From an uncultured cyanobacterium (GTDB lineage: Bacteria > Cyanobacteriota > Cyanobacteriia > Cyanobacteriales > Cyanobacteriaceae): 64,000 bases of DNA. This document shows, piece by piece, positions 9,811 through 21,523 of the stretch (position 1 is its first letter; each line of letters starts with the position of its first letter). The DNA is taken from contig CAVQBA010000004.1 in assembly GCA_963710605.1 (NCBI GenBank), positions 832,001 through 896,000 of the forward strand, read 5' to 3'. Position numbers and translations under genes: made by a program. The notes under the pieces are model-generated. The model saw only the letters and a list, made by a program, of their open reading frames with translations. It ran no database searches and was not told where the DNA came from.

Positions 9811-10401
9811 ATGATTAAATTACAACTCTCTCAAACCAAACCTATGATTACTACAACTAATACTAACTTAACACTAGAAGAATTTTTACAACAAAGCGAA
9901 ACTAAACCAGCATCAGAATTTATTAACGGAAAAATTAAACAAAAACCAATACCACAAGGAGAACATAGTTGTATTCAAATTGAACTTTGTACCGCTATTA
10001 ATCAATTAACACAGTCTCAAAAGATAGCTTATGCTTTACCTGAATTGCGTTGTACTTTTGGTAATCGATCGATTGTACCTGATGTGGTTGTTTTTCAGTG
10101 GGAAAGAATACCCCGTACAGAAAAAGGAAGAATAGCCAATCGCTTTAATACTTATCCTGATTGGAGTATTGAAATTTTATCTCCTCGTCAAAGTTCGATC
10201 GCAGTATTAGATAATTTATTATTTTGTTCTGAATATGGTACTCAATTAGGATGGTTAATTAATCCTGAAGAAGAGGTTATCGTTATTGTTTTTTCTGAGC
10301 AAAAAGTCAAGGTGTTTAAAGCAGAAGATACTTTGCCTGTATTAGAAAATGTTGAACTTAAACTAACTGTTAATGATGTTTTTTATTGGCTTAATTTTTA
10401 A
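9811..10401 (+). CDS. Uma2 (DUF820) family endonuclease-fold protein
   Basis: TLEEFL...ETKPASEFING, PELRCTFG, PDWSIEILSP. The start may be ATG 9844. Confidence 0.9.
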   Translation: MIKLQLSQTKPMITTTNTNLTLEEFLQQSETKPASEFINGKIKQKPIPQGEHSCIQIELCTAINQLTQSQKIAYALPELRCTFGNRSIVPDVVVFQWERIPRTEKGRIANRFNTYPDWSIEILSPRQSSIAVLDNLLFCSEYGTQLGWLINPEEEVIVIVFSEQKVKVFKAEDTLPVLENVELKLTVNDVFYWLNF

Positions 10402-10622
10402 ATAGTATTATCCTCAATTTTTTGATTAATATTATGAGATAAAACTAGTTTATTTTTTACTATTTCCTAATATATAATTTTGGATAAATTCAATTTTAAT
10501 CATAATTCGCCTTTGTCGTTTAGGTAATTATTTCTTAACTACTTACTTCGGCAACCAAATGATTTTAATTACTTTATCTAATCGTTACTAAAAAGAAATC
10601 TTTGATTTTTAATAGTCAAAAT

Positions 10623-13163
10623 TTAGTTAATTTGGTCTCCCCACCAGTTTAAAACGATCGATACTTTTTCTTCTTCATTTAACTTGACAATTTGTTTTTC
10701 GTGTGTCGCTAATTTATTCATATTCACAATATGACGTTTGTTACTATCAGCTTCAATGATTAATTTTTTGGTGTTATCAACAACCAAGATTTGCTTTAAC
10801 TTGTCTTGTTTTTCTTTAAATCTAAAAGCTTGATTACCAATTTCGCCAAAACTAATTTTACGAATAGTATTGATAGGTAGCAACTTAGCATAACCCAACT
10901 CTGAGATTAGAAGTAAGACAGTATCGTTGCTGACTGTTTGACAACCAATCAGTTTTTCGTTGTATCTTAATTTAACACCGATATTTCCTTGGGCAGATTT
11001 ACCCATCGTTGTGATTCTGTCTTCGGTTACTTCATATCGTAATATTCTACCGCCATCAGTAGCGATCGCTATTTCTTCTTTTTCATTAATCGGCGTAACA
11101 TAACACAAGCTATCTTTGGGTTTAAGTTTGATTAATTGAAAACCACGATTACCTAAACCATCTAATTCGGTTGTGGCAATCCGTTTTAAATAACCTCCTT
11201 GAGTTAGTAAAATTAAACCAGAAGGTGAATTTGCTTTTTCTAAACTTAAATAATTAATGGCGATAGAAGAGTTTTGAGTCGCACTATTAGAGACTAAATA
11301 ATCGATATTTTCTTTAATTGGATAAGCAGGAATTTTATCAATAGCTAAAGGATACGCCTTACCATTACTGAAAAAGACGGTTATTTGTTTTTCAGAGGCT
11401 TCAATTTTTTCTTGATAAGTAACCAAATCAGTATTAGATTTAATCACGGGCTTATCAGAAATACTATCTTTTGCACGCCAAAAAACTTTATCTTCTTGGG
11501 TAACTTGAACGAGCGCATTTTCTGGTCTTTGTTCGGGTACAATTAATGGTAACTGACCATTACTACTGTTACTCTTGGTTGTAGCTACTTTCTGCGTACT
11601 AGTTTTTTTGCTAGTTGTTTGACTATTTGCTTTACTCTTTTTTTCCGAAGTAGTTTTACTAATATCGATAATTTTAGTCCGACGACAATCGCCAAATCGC
11701 CTTTTAAAGCTACGTAATTCCTTTTTTAAGGCTTTTAACAACTCATTTCGATCGTTTAATAGGTTATCTAATTGGGAGATTCTGGTAGCTAATTCTTCAG
11801 CTTCGGTAACTAATTTTTGTTTTTCTAATCCTGTAATTCTTCTTAAAGGCATCCCTAAAATTGAATTAGCTTGTACTTCTGATATTTTCAACTGATTTTG
11901 TAATGACTCTTTAGCAGTCGTGCCATCAGGGGAGTTTGCTAAGATATTGATTACTTTTTTTATTTTTTCTAAAGCAACTAATAACCCTTCCACTAAATGT
12001 AAACGCTCTTGTTTTTCATTCAATTCGTAGCGATATTGTCGGCTTAAGGTTTCTTCTCTAAATTGCAAAAACTCTTGTAATATATCTTTGAGTGGTAACT
12101 GACAAGGATTGTTGTCAACTAAACTCAACATGATGATGCCAAAATTGCTTTGTAAAGCAGTTTGTTTGTAAAGCTGATTTAAGACAACTCTAGGTTGAGC
12201 GCTTTGTTTTAATTCAATTACAACTCTAATGCCATCTCGATCGCTTTCATCACGAATATCAGCTATATCTGTAATTTTACCAAGATTTACTAAATTAGCT
12301 ACTTTTTCAATCCAACCTGCTTTATTAACTTGAAACGGTAACTCATTAACGATAATGGCTGTTTTTTCTCGACTACGTTTTTTGCTTAAACGAACTTTTT
12401 CGATCGTCGCCACACCCCTAATTTTAACAATTCCTTTCCCCGTTAAATAAGCATCACGAATACCCTGTAACTCAATTATCTCACCACCAGTCGGAAAATC
12501 CGGGCCTGGAATTAATTTGATTAGTTTTTCGGTAGTCAAATCAGGTTTATCAATCAAAGCCACCAAACCATCAACCATTTCACCTAGATTGTGAGGTGGT
12601 ATATTAGTTGCCATACCCACAGCAATACCTGAACAACCATTTATTAAGAGTATTGGTAGCTTCGCAGGTAAGACAACAGGTTCTTGTTGCGAATTATCAA
12701 AATTACTAGTAAAGTCAACAGTAGATTCATTAACCTCATCAAGCATAGTTTCAAAAGAAACCTGAGCTAAACGAGTCTCTGTATAACGCATAGCCGCAGG
12801 AGGATCGTTATCTACACTACCAAAATTACCATGTCCAGACAGTAGTGGGTAACGGCTAGAAAACTCTTGAACAAGCCTCACCATCGCATCATAGACAGCT
12901 TGATCTCCATGAGGATGATATTTACCTAACACATCGCCAACAACTCTAGCACATTTACGAAAAGGACGATCGGGGCTTAAACCCAACTCGTACATAGCGT
13001 ATAGTATTCGTCGGTGAACCGGTTTTAACCCATCTCTAACATCAGGTAACGCCCTACCAACAATTACACTCATAGCATATTCTAGGTACGATCGTTCCAT
13101 CTCTGTATGTAATGCAGTGGGAATGATTTGACCTTGGTTCATTAAATTCAATTGTTTTGCCAT
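10623..13163 (-). CDS. parC: DNA gyrase/topoisomerase IV subunit A, ParC-like paralog
   Basis: [22 protein letters not shown] and AAMRYTE (catalytic Tyr). No QRRGGKG GyrA-box seen and the C-terminal domain is divergent. Confidence 0.85.
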   Translation of the reverse strand: MAKQLNLMNQGQIIPTALHTEMERSYLEYAMSVIVGRALPDVRDGLKPVHRRILYAMYELGLSPDRPFRKCARVVGDVLGKYHPHGDQAVYDAMVRLVQEFSSRYPLLSGHGNFGSVDNDPPAAMRYTETRLAQVSFETMLDEVNESTVDFTSNFDNSQQEPVVLPAKLPILLINGCSGIAVGMATNIPPHNLGEMVDGLVALIDKPDLTTEKLIKLIPGPDFPTGGEIIELQGIRDAYLTGKGIVKIRGVATIEKVRLSKKRSREKTAIIVNELPFQVNKAGWIEKVANLVNLGKITDIADIRDESDRDGIRVVIELKQSAQPRVVLNQLYKQTALQSNFGIIMLSLVDNNPCQLPLKDILQEFLQFREETLSRQYRYELNEKQERLHLVEGLLVALEKIKKVINILANSPDGTTAKESLQNQLKISEVQANSILGMPLRRITGLEKQKLVTEAEELATRISQLDNLLNDRNELLKALKKELRSFKRRFGDCRRTKIIDISKTTSEKKSKANSQTTSKKTSTQKVATTKSNSSNGQLPLIVPEQRPENALVQVTQEDKVFWRAKDSISDKPVIKSNTDLVTYQEKIEASEKQITVFFSNGKAYPLAIDKIPAYPIKENIDYLVSNSATQNSSIAINYLSLEKANSPSGLILLTQGGYLKRIATTELDGLGNRGFQLIKLKPKDSLCYVTPINEKEEIAIATDGGRILRYEVTEDRITTMGKSAQGNIGVKLRYNEKLIGCQTVSNDTVLLLISELGYAKLLPINTIRKISFGEIGNQAFRFKEKQDKLKQILVVDNTKKLIIEADSNKRHIVNMNKLATHEKQIVKLNEEEKVSIVLNWWGDQIN

Positions 13164-13289
13164 GAGTATTATTACTGAGAAATTTTTTTGAATGCGGTAA
13201 ACAAAGCTCTATTTTAGAGATTAGCAAATAAACTAGTTTTTATGAACTATTTTTTTATTAAGTTTTTTTACAAACAAAGTAAAAGAAGA

Positions 13290-15055
<1,766 letters not shown>

Positions 15056-15543
15056 TTAATCAATAGTTAATACTTTCGTGATAGGTGATAGTTGTCATAA
15101 ATAATCATCATATAGAGTAACGACTTGATGATGACATATGGTCGAACCAAAAAATAACCATTTAATTCTCATCATGGTTAACTCTTCAATTCAATAGTTA
15201 TTTGTTTTTATTTTTGCAATTGTGTCTTTAATATTGTCGATTGTCGATCGTCAATTGTCAATTGTCAATTGTTCGCTGACATTTTAATTTTCATTTGTCG
15301 ATCGTCAACTGTCAATAGGTATTATTAGTTTCTTACTCAAAAGTTATATCTTAAACCTTGATTATTGTAAGCTTTCTAAGTTCTATATTTTAAAGCTTAA
15401 TCATCTTTATCCTTAGCTATCGGTGTCAATTACCGACATTTATACTTTTTTTTGTTTCCTCCGCAGAGTTTGACTACAATCATCTCGAAGATTTTCTTCG
15501 ATTTTCAATGTGGTTTTCCGTACCATATTCACTCTAAAGAAAA

Positions 15544-15557
15544 GTAACAAAAGATAC
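15544..15557. promoter_or_regulatory. NtcA binding site
   Basis: GTA-acaaaaga-TAC is an exact GTA-N8-TAC, 80 nt upstream of the PirA-like ORF. Confidence 0.8.
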
Positions 15558-15636
15558 CAAAAATAGAAAAAAAAGTTATCATAGAATAACAAGCAATCCA
15601 TAAAATAACATTATTAAAACAACAGGTAACTCAATT

Positions 15637-15792
15637 ATGAAATTTATTCGCAAAAATAATAACGCAGGACAAGCTCATAAAGAAACCTTGAAAAAGAATT
15701 TAGAGCATCGCTTAGAAGTGGCTCGTAGTAAAGGTGATCAAAGTTTAGTTCAACAACTACAAAGAGAAGCCGCTTATTTAGATTTAAAATAA
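15637..15792 (+). CDS. pirA: PirA-like small protein (PII-interacting regulator of arginine synthesis, Ssr0692 family)
   Basis: My translation: MKFIRKNNNAGQAHKETLKKNLEHRLEVARSKGDQSLVQQLQREAAYLDLK (51 aa). It has the NL-x-HRLEVARS-x-GD motif, an upstream NtcA box and a downstream terminator. Confidence 0.85.
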   Translation: MKFIRKNNNAGQAHKETLKKNLEHRLEVARSKGDQSLVQQLQREAAYLDLK

Positions 15793-15834
15793 ATTTGCCT
15801 TATTTTTGTTTTTTAACAATTTAATTGCAATTTT

Positions 15835-15869
15835 GATGTACACAAAGCAAAAAGTACATCTTTTTTTTT
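15835..15869 (+). terminator. Intrinsic terminator after pirA
   Basis: gatgtac...gtacatc stem followed by T9. Confidence 0.75.
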
Positions 15870-16030
15870 GTCTAATATTAAGCATAAAGAGTCTCGATCG
15901 TTACAAATATTAATTAATAAGTAGTTCAGTTTAACTATCTATTTTTAGATTTTTTAGTCTCAACGATCGATGACATTAATTAGTTCTAATTTTTCAAAAA
16001 AAGATGGGATTTGATAACCAGCAAAAAATT

Positions 16031-16055
16031 AGGTGAACATTACTGCTCACCCTAC
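16031..16055. repeat. GTAG-type REP-like palindrome
   Basis: Reverse complement is gtagggtgagcagtaatgttcacct, related to 24177-24197. Confidence 0.6.
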
Positions 16056-16085
16056 AATTAAATTGTAATGACACTAGTCAAATAA

Positions 16086-17765
16086 CTAAGCCAAATCTGT
16101 TACCGCCCCTAAACTACTAGAAGAAACGAGTTTCGCATATTTACCCAAAATACCTCTACGGTAACGTGGCTCTGGTGCTTGCCATTTTTGACGACGTTGT
16201 TCTAACTCTTCAGTCGATATATTTAACTGTAATAGTTTGTCATTGGCATCGATCGTAATACTATCACCTTCATGAACCAAAGCAATATTACCACCAACTG
16301 CCGCCTCAGGAGCAACGTGTCCCACAACCAGACCGTATGTACCACCAGAGAAACGCCCATCAGTAATCAAGCCGACTTTGTCTCCTAAACCAGCACCGAT
16401 AATGGCACTAGTTGGGGCTAACATTTCTCGCATACCAGGACCACCGACTGGGCCTTCATAACGGACAATTATCACGTCTCCTGCACTGATTTTACCGTCG
16501 AGAATGGCATCTAAACATTCTTCTTCTGATTCAAATACTCTAGCAGGACCGGTAATTTTTGGGGTTTTAACACCTGTAATTTTAGCAACCGAGCCTTCAA
16601 TTGCTAGATTACCTTTAAGGATAGCTAAATGTCCTTTTTTATAAAGAGGATTATCGAGCGTACGAATAACATCTTGTTTTTGCGAAGGTTTTTCAGGAAT
16701 ATCAGCTAACGTTTCGGCGATCGTTTTTCCTGAAATAGTTAAGGCATCTCCATGTAATAAGCCATTAGCCAAAAGAATTTTCATCACTTGAGGAATACCA
16801 CCTGCTTTGTGTAAATCGACGGTGACATAACGTCCTGATGGTTTGAGATCACAAATTACAGGTACTTTCTGACGCATTGCTTCGACATCATCAATGGTTA
16901 AATCAACATCGATCGTATTACTAATAGCTAATAAGTGTAATACCGAATTAGTCGAGCCACCAACCGCCATAATGACAGCAAGAGCATTTTCAAACGCTTT
17001 ACGGGTTAGGATTTGTTTTGGTAATATTTGTTGACGAATAGCTTCAACTAATACCTCAGCCGATTGAGCTGTGCTATCTATTTTTTCTTGATCTTCTGCC
17101 GCCATTGTTGATGAATAAGGTAAACTCATCCCCATAGCTTCAAACGCTGAAGACATAGTATTAGCAGTAAACATACCACCACATGAGCCAGCACCCGGAC
17201 AAGCTTTTTTCTCGATCGCTTCTAATTCCTCGTCATCAATTTTACCTGCACTGTGTTGCCCTACCGCTTCAAAAGCACTAACTACAGTTAAATCTTGACC
17301 ATTATGATGTCCAGGTTTGATTGTACCACCATAGACAAAAATCGCAGGTATATTCATTCTCGCCATGGCAATCATCGCCCCGGGCATATTTTTATCACAA
17401 CCACCAATAGCAATTACACCGTCCATACTTTGAGCAGTACAAGCAGTTTCGATCGCATCTGCAATCACTTCACGAGACACAAGAGAATATTTCATCCCTT
17501 CTGTACCCATGGAAATCCCGTCACTGACAGTAATTGTGCCAAACATTTGAGGCATTGCACCTGCTTCACGAATACTATCATCTGCTTTAAGGGCTAATTC
17601 GTTCAAGCCCATATTGCAAGGAGTTATCGTGCTATATCCATTGGCTACTCCCACGATCGGTTTAGAGAAGTCATTATCACCAAACCCTACCGCTCTAAGC
17701 ATTGCACGGTTAGGAGATCTTTGAACACCTTGGGTAATTGCTTTACTTTTTATATTTTCTGTCAT
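16086..17765 (-). CDS. ilvD: Dihydroxy-acid dehydratase
   Basis: [25 protein letters not shown] and TDGRFSGG. Confidence 0.98.
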   Translation of the reverse strand: MTENIKSKAITQGVQRSPNRAMLRAVGFGDNDFSKPIVGVANGYSTITPCNMGLNELALKADDSIREAGAMPQMFGTITVSDGISMGTEGMKYSLVSREVIADAIETACTAQSMDGVIAIGGCDKNMPGAMIAMARMNIPAIFVYGGTIKPGHHNGQDLTVVSAFEAVGQHSAGKIDDEELEAIEKKACPGAGSCGGMFTANTMSSAFEAMGMSLPYSSTMAAEDQEKIDSTAQSAEVLVEAIRQQILPKQILTRKAFENALAVIMAVGGSTNSVLHLLAISNTIDVDLTIDDVEAMRQKVPVICDLKPSGRYVTVDLHKAGGIPQVMKILLANGLLHGDALTISGKTIAETLADIPEKPSQKQDVIRTLDNPLYKKGHLAILKGNLAIEGSVAKITGVKTPKITGPARVFESEEECLDAILDGKISAGDVIIVRYEGPVGGPGMREMLAPTSAIIGAGLGDKVGLITDGRFSGGTYGLVVGHVAPEAAVGGNIALVHEGDSITIDANDKLLQLNISTEELEQRRQKWQAPEPRYRRGILGKYAKLVSSSSLGAVTDLA

Positions 17766-17914
17766 TATTTTCCATCCTGATCTTAATCTTTATTTTCTCA
17801 TGTCTGGAATGATAATGGATAATCGATCGTTAATAATTAACAATTAGCTTTTAACTCTTAACTGTTAACTCGTTCACTTAACACAAAACGATCGTACCGA
17901 TTTAATCTAATTTT

Positions 17915-17965
17915 AGTTCAATTTATTGAACGATCTCATCTTAGCCTTGAACTTAAGTTCAAGGC
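17915..17965 (-). repeat. Family B repeat core, inverted copy
   Basis: agttcaatttattgaacg-N8-ttagccttgaacttaagttcaaggc has the same two-hairpin layout as the reverse complement of 7414-7468. Confidence 0.65.
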
Positions 17966-18028
17966 TCATCATCTACGTTAACTAAAGTTAACTAAAAACC
18001 TAAAATCAAAAATGTTAAATATCAATTC

Positions 18029-19024
18029 TCAATTGTTTACTACATTGCTTGGTTTACCTTGCTCAAAATTGGTAACATTTTCTAAAGTAGTTTGAGCAAT
18101 ATTATGTAAAGCATCTTTCGTAAAAAAGGCTTGATGTCCTGTTATTAAAACGTTAGGAAAGGTTAGTAAACGCTCAAATTCATCATCTTGAATCACTTCT
18201 TCTGATAAATTTTCAAAAAATAGGTTTTCTTCTTGTTCGTACACATCTATAGCCAAATAACCAATTTGTTTCGATTTTAAACCTTGAATAATTGCACTCG
18301 TATCAATTAATCCTCCTCTGCTAGTGTTAATTAACATTACTCCTGTTTTCATTTGTTGGATACTCGCTTCATCAATAATATGATAAGTATCAGGAGTTAG
18401 AGGGCAATGAAGAGTAATAATATCCGATCGATTCAATAATTCTTCAAGCTCAACGTATTTCACACCACTATTGGCAAATTCGGTATTAGGATACAAATCA
18501 TAAGCCAAGATATGACAGCCAAAACCTTGAAGTATTTTAGCTGTGATACGACCTATTTTTCCTGTCCCGATAATACCGACTGTACGATCGTGTAAATCAA
18601 ATCCGAGTAAACCATCTAAGGAAAAATTACCTTCTCTAACTCGATTATAGGCTTTGTGTATCTTACGATTCATTGCTAAAATTAAAGCGATCGTATGTTC
18701 GGCAACAGCATAAGGAGAATAGGCACTAACACGCACAACTGTTATTCCTAATTCTTGAGCGGTAGCCAAATCAACATTATTGTAACCTGCACAACGTAAA
18801 GCAATTAAACGTGTACCACCTTCGGCGAGAAAATGAAGTGTTTTTCGATCAAGTTGATCATTAACAAATACACAAACCCCGGCAAAACCAGAGGCTAAAA
18901 TTGCTGTATCTTGGTTTAAACGAGGCTCGAAAAATACTAATTCATGATCGTAATTTCCATTTTCGTTAACAGTATTTAAAAAATGACGATCGTATGGTTT
19001 AGTACCAAAAACAGCTATTTTCAT
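18029..19024 (-). CDS. ldhA: D-lactate dehydrogenase (2-hydroxyacid dehydrogenase)
   Basis: LRCAGYNNVD, YSPYAVAEH, GTGKIG, NTSRG and TGHQAFFT. Confidence 0.92.
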   Translation of the reverse strand: MKIAVFGTKPYDRHFLNTVNENGNYDHELVFFEPRLNQDTAILASGFAGVCVFVNDQLDRKTLHFLAEGGTRLIALRCAGYNNVDLATAQELGITVVRVSAYSPYAVAEHTIALILAMNRKIHKAYNRVREGNFSLDGLLGFDLHDRTVGIIGTGKIGRITAKILQGFGCHILAYDLYPNTEFANSGVKYVELEELLNRSDIITLHCPLTPDTYHIIDEASIQQMKTGVMLINTSRGGLIDTSAIIQGLKSKQIGYLAIDVYEQEENLFFENLSEEVIQDDEFERLLTFPNVLITGHQAFFTKDALHNIAQTTLENVTNFEQGKPSNVVNN

Positions 19025-19067
19025 CCAAACTAGATCGAGAAACGATCGATTAATTTTTAGTTCAATT

Positions 19068-20117
19068 TTATAACAAAATTAAAATAGTGATTATAATTCC
19101 TGCACCACTAATCAAACTAGCGATTAAAGTTTTATTCACGGTATTGTCTGCACTACTAGCTAAATCATCATCAGCAGATTGAAAACTCAAACTAGGTAAG
19201 CCTTTAATATCTTCTATTTGTTCTTCTGTCGGTACAAATACTTTCAAACTTTGAGGCACACATTCGATCGTAATTGGTGTTTCAAAATCTACTTCACCAT
19301 CAATCGCTACCTTTTGAGTTGGATTAGCTAAAATCGTTACTTTTTTAGTTCGTATGTGACTAATATCTTGATGCTTAACCGCTTCTTTTTGTAGGGCTTT
19401 TTTGAGTAGATGATAAGAAGCACCGATAGCATTAACTCTAGTTTCGGGAGCAACGACGGTAACATCAAGAAATCCATCATCGGCTATAAGTCGCTCTGCA
19501 CCTTGAGCAAGTAAAGACGAAGGTGGAGCTATATTAGCAACGGTTACAGCAACGGCGTTCACTTGAGTTGTTTCCTCTGGTGTTTCGATGACGACATTAA
19601 ATTTTTTAAATTTGCGTAATTGTTTAATTCCCGAATAAATATAAGCTAAAACACCTAAATTATCTTTCATTTCTCGATCGGCTTCTTCAACAGTATCCGC
19701 TTCAAATCCGATCGCTGTAATTAAAATCATAGCTCGATCGTCACATTTAGCAGTATCAATAACTCTAGTTTTACCTCCCACAATAGTCTTACATTGTTCT
19801 TCAAGAGAATTAGGAAGCTCTAAAGCCGAAGCAAAAGCATTAGCCGTACCACGAGCAACAATACCTAAACTGACACCAGTATTAGTTAAAACTCCTGCCA
19901 CTGAAGATACCGTACCATCACCACCAGAAGCAATTACAATCTCAGCATTTTGCTCTAAAGCTTGACGGGCTAATTCATCTGCACCAACTTCTTTAGTTGT
20001 TTCGTGAATATCCAGATCAAACTCAGGAGTTAAGATAGACTTAATTTTGGCTAAATCTTCGTCGGCATCGCCTTGACCTGAAACAGGGTTGAAAATAAGA
20101 TAAGCTGAACGAGTCAT
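19068..20117 (-). CDS. YegS/diacylglycerol kinase family lipid kinase with hydrophobic C-terminal tail
   Basis: FNPVSG, GGDGT, GTANAFA and IDGE motifs. Confidence 0.9.
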   Translation of the reverse strand: MTRSAYLIFNPVSGQGDADEDLAKIKSILTPEFDLDIHETTKEVGADELARQALEQNAEIVIASGGDGTVSSVAGVLTNTGVSLGIVARGTANAFASALELPNSLEEQCKTIVGGKTRVIDTAKCDDRAMILITAIGFEADTVEEADREMKDNLGVLAYIYSGIKQLRKFKKFNVVIETPEETTQVNAVAVTVANIAPPSSLLAQGAERLIADDGFLDVTVVAPETRVNAIGASYHLLKKALQKEAVKHQDISHIRTKKVTILANPTQKVAIDGEVDFETPITIECVPQSLKVFVPTEEQIEDIKGLPSLSFQSADDDLASSADNTVNKTLIASLISGAGIIITILILL

Positions 20118-20271
20118 CTATTTTAGGGGTAATATGTTGAGAAATAAAACTTAATCGTTTTTTTAATCATAATCTTACTATGTAAAAAATCTAACTTCCT
20201 CCTCCTTTGGGTTTAATTCTATTTTTTAGGTTGTTAATTGTTCGATATTTGTTGTTAATTTGAGATACTCG

Positions 20272-20673
20272 TCAAGGAAGAATAAAAATTACAATCGTCA
20301 ATGCAATCAAAGTATAAAAAACAACAGTACCAATTAAAATTGCCGAAATTAATAAACTTGGTGGGCGATAAAAATAGTCTTCTTGTTGCCAAGATTTTGT
20401 TTTCGATCGATAAACAATAATAATGATACTTAAAAATAGAATACCCGAACCAACGATCGTTAATCCTAGCAATGGAACAATTACATCGATAAATATAGGG
20501 TTTGCATCTTCAATTAATGCTAAATCTAAACGACTAAAAATCGCATAAAAACCAACCCCAAATCCAATCAGCTCAATACAATGTTGAATCCAACTAGCAA
20601 CAGTACGTTCAACCGCTAAGCGATTACGTTGTTTAGCTAACTCAGTAGTTTCATTAGTTTGCATTCTCGACAT
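20272..20673 (-). CDS. DUF202 (YidH-like) membrane protein, divergent copy
   Basis: ELAKQRNRLAVERTVASWI plus three hydrophobic segments. Confidence 0.8.
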   Translation of the reverse strand: MSRMQTNETTELAKQRNRLAVERTVASWIQHCIELIGFGVGFYAIFSRLDLALIEDANPIFIDVIVPLLGLTIVGSGILFLSIIIIVYRSKTKSWQQEDYFYRPPSLLISAILIGTVVFYTLIALTIVIFILP

Positions 20674-20733
20674 AGATAAAGCAGTGAACAGATAACAGAT
20701 GATAGCAGTGAATAACTGTTAGTTATCAATTAT

Positions 20734-21147
20734 TTAGATGACTGTTCTCCATAATATCCCGACAAAAGCAAATATACCAATACTGATTAAACCGATCGCT
20801 ACTGTTAAGCCGAGGGAGCGACGAGGAGTATATATATATTCACTATCTTGTTTGATTTTTTTTAGTTCTTGATTATGTTCTATTGAGGCGATAATTAAAG
20901 AATAAATACCGATCGCTATAAATCCTAAACCTAATAAACGAGAAAGCCTAACTTGATCTATTTTTTGTGCTACATCCAAGCTACTAATTGCACTCACTAC
21001 ACTATCAATCCCGAAACCAAAGCCAATAAGAGAAAGACTAGTCCGAATCCACGCCATTAAAGTCCGTTCAGCCGCCGCACGGGTACGCTCTTTTGCTAGT
21101 TGAGCTTGAATATTTAAAGGTTTACGAGGTGGTATGGATTGATTCAT
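20734..21147 (-). CDS. DUF202 (YidH-like) membrane protein
   Basis: LAKERTRAAAERTLMAWIRTSLSLIGFG plus three TM segments. Confidence 0.9.
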   Translation of the reverse strand: MNQSIPPRKPLNIQAQLAKERTRAAAERTLMAWIRTSLSLIGFGFGIDSVVSAISSLDVAQKIDQVRLSRLLGLGFIAIGIYSLIIASIEHNQELKKIKQDSEYIYTPRRSLGLTVAIGLISIGIFAFVGILWRTVI

Positions 21148-21343
21148 AAATTAGATTAGCTCTTTTTGAATTTAATCAAAACAAATTATGTACTTTTATT
21201 CAAAATCATAAAAGATTTTAGTCAATAATTACTAATCTGAATTTCCAATATTTTATCTAAATTAAAGAGATTACTTTAAGTTAATTTTTGCTAATTAAAA
21301 TAGTGGTAGTGATTATAATAAAATACAAGAAAAAACAATTGTA

Positions 21344-21488
21344 TATAGCGTTTCCCATAATTATGAGGTACATTTACTATTCGCACATTCCCCCACTCTC
21401 CCCTTAAAAGGGGAGATGCCGATAGGCAGAGGGGTCAGGGGGATTTAGGGGGCTATTTTTGCACTTCATAATGGCGATAATTGCTATA
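21344..21488 (+). mobile_element. MITE-like element, family A, copy 1
   Basis: TATAGC...GCTATA termini, subterminal IR ttatgaggtaca/tgcacttcataa, and internal ccccttaaaagggg hairpin. Homologous to 54285-54394. Confidence 0.75.
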
Positions 21489-21523
21489 TTGTTTACCTTA
21501 ACTTTATCTAACCAAAAATACTT

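Noticed and set aside
9811..10401. Uma2 gene as a defence system
   Set aside because: This family is highly expanded in cyanobacteria and the gene has no partner genes here.
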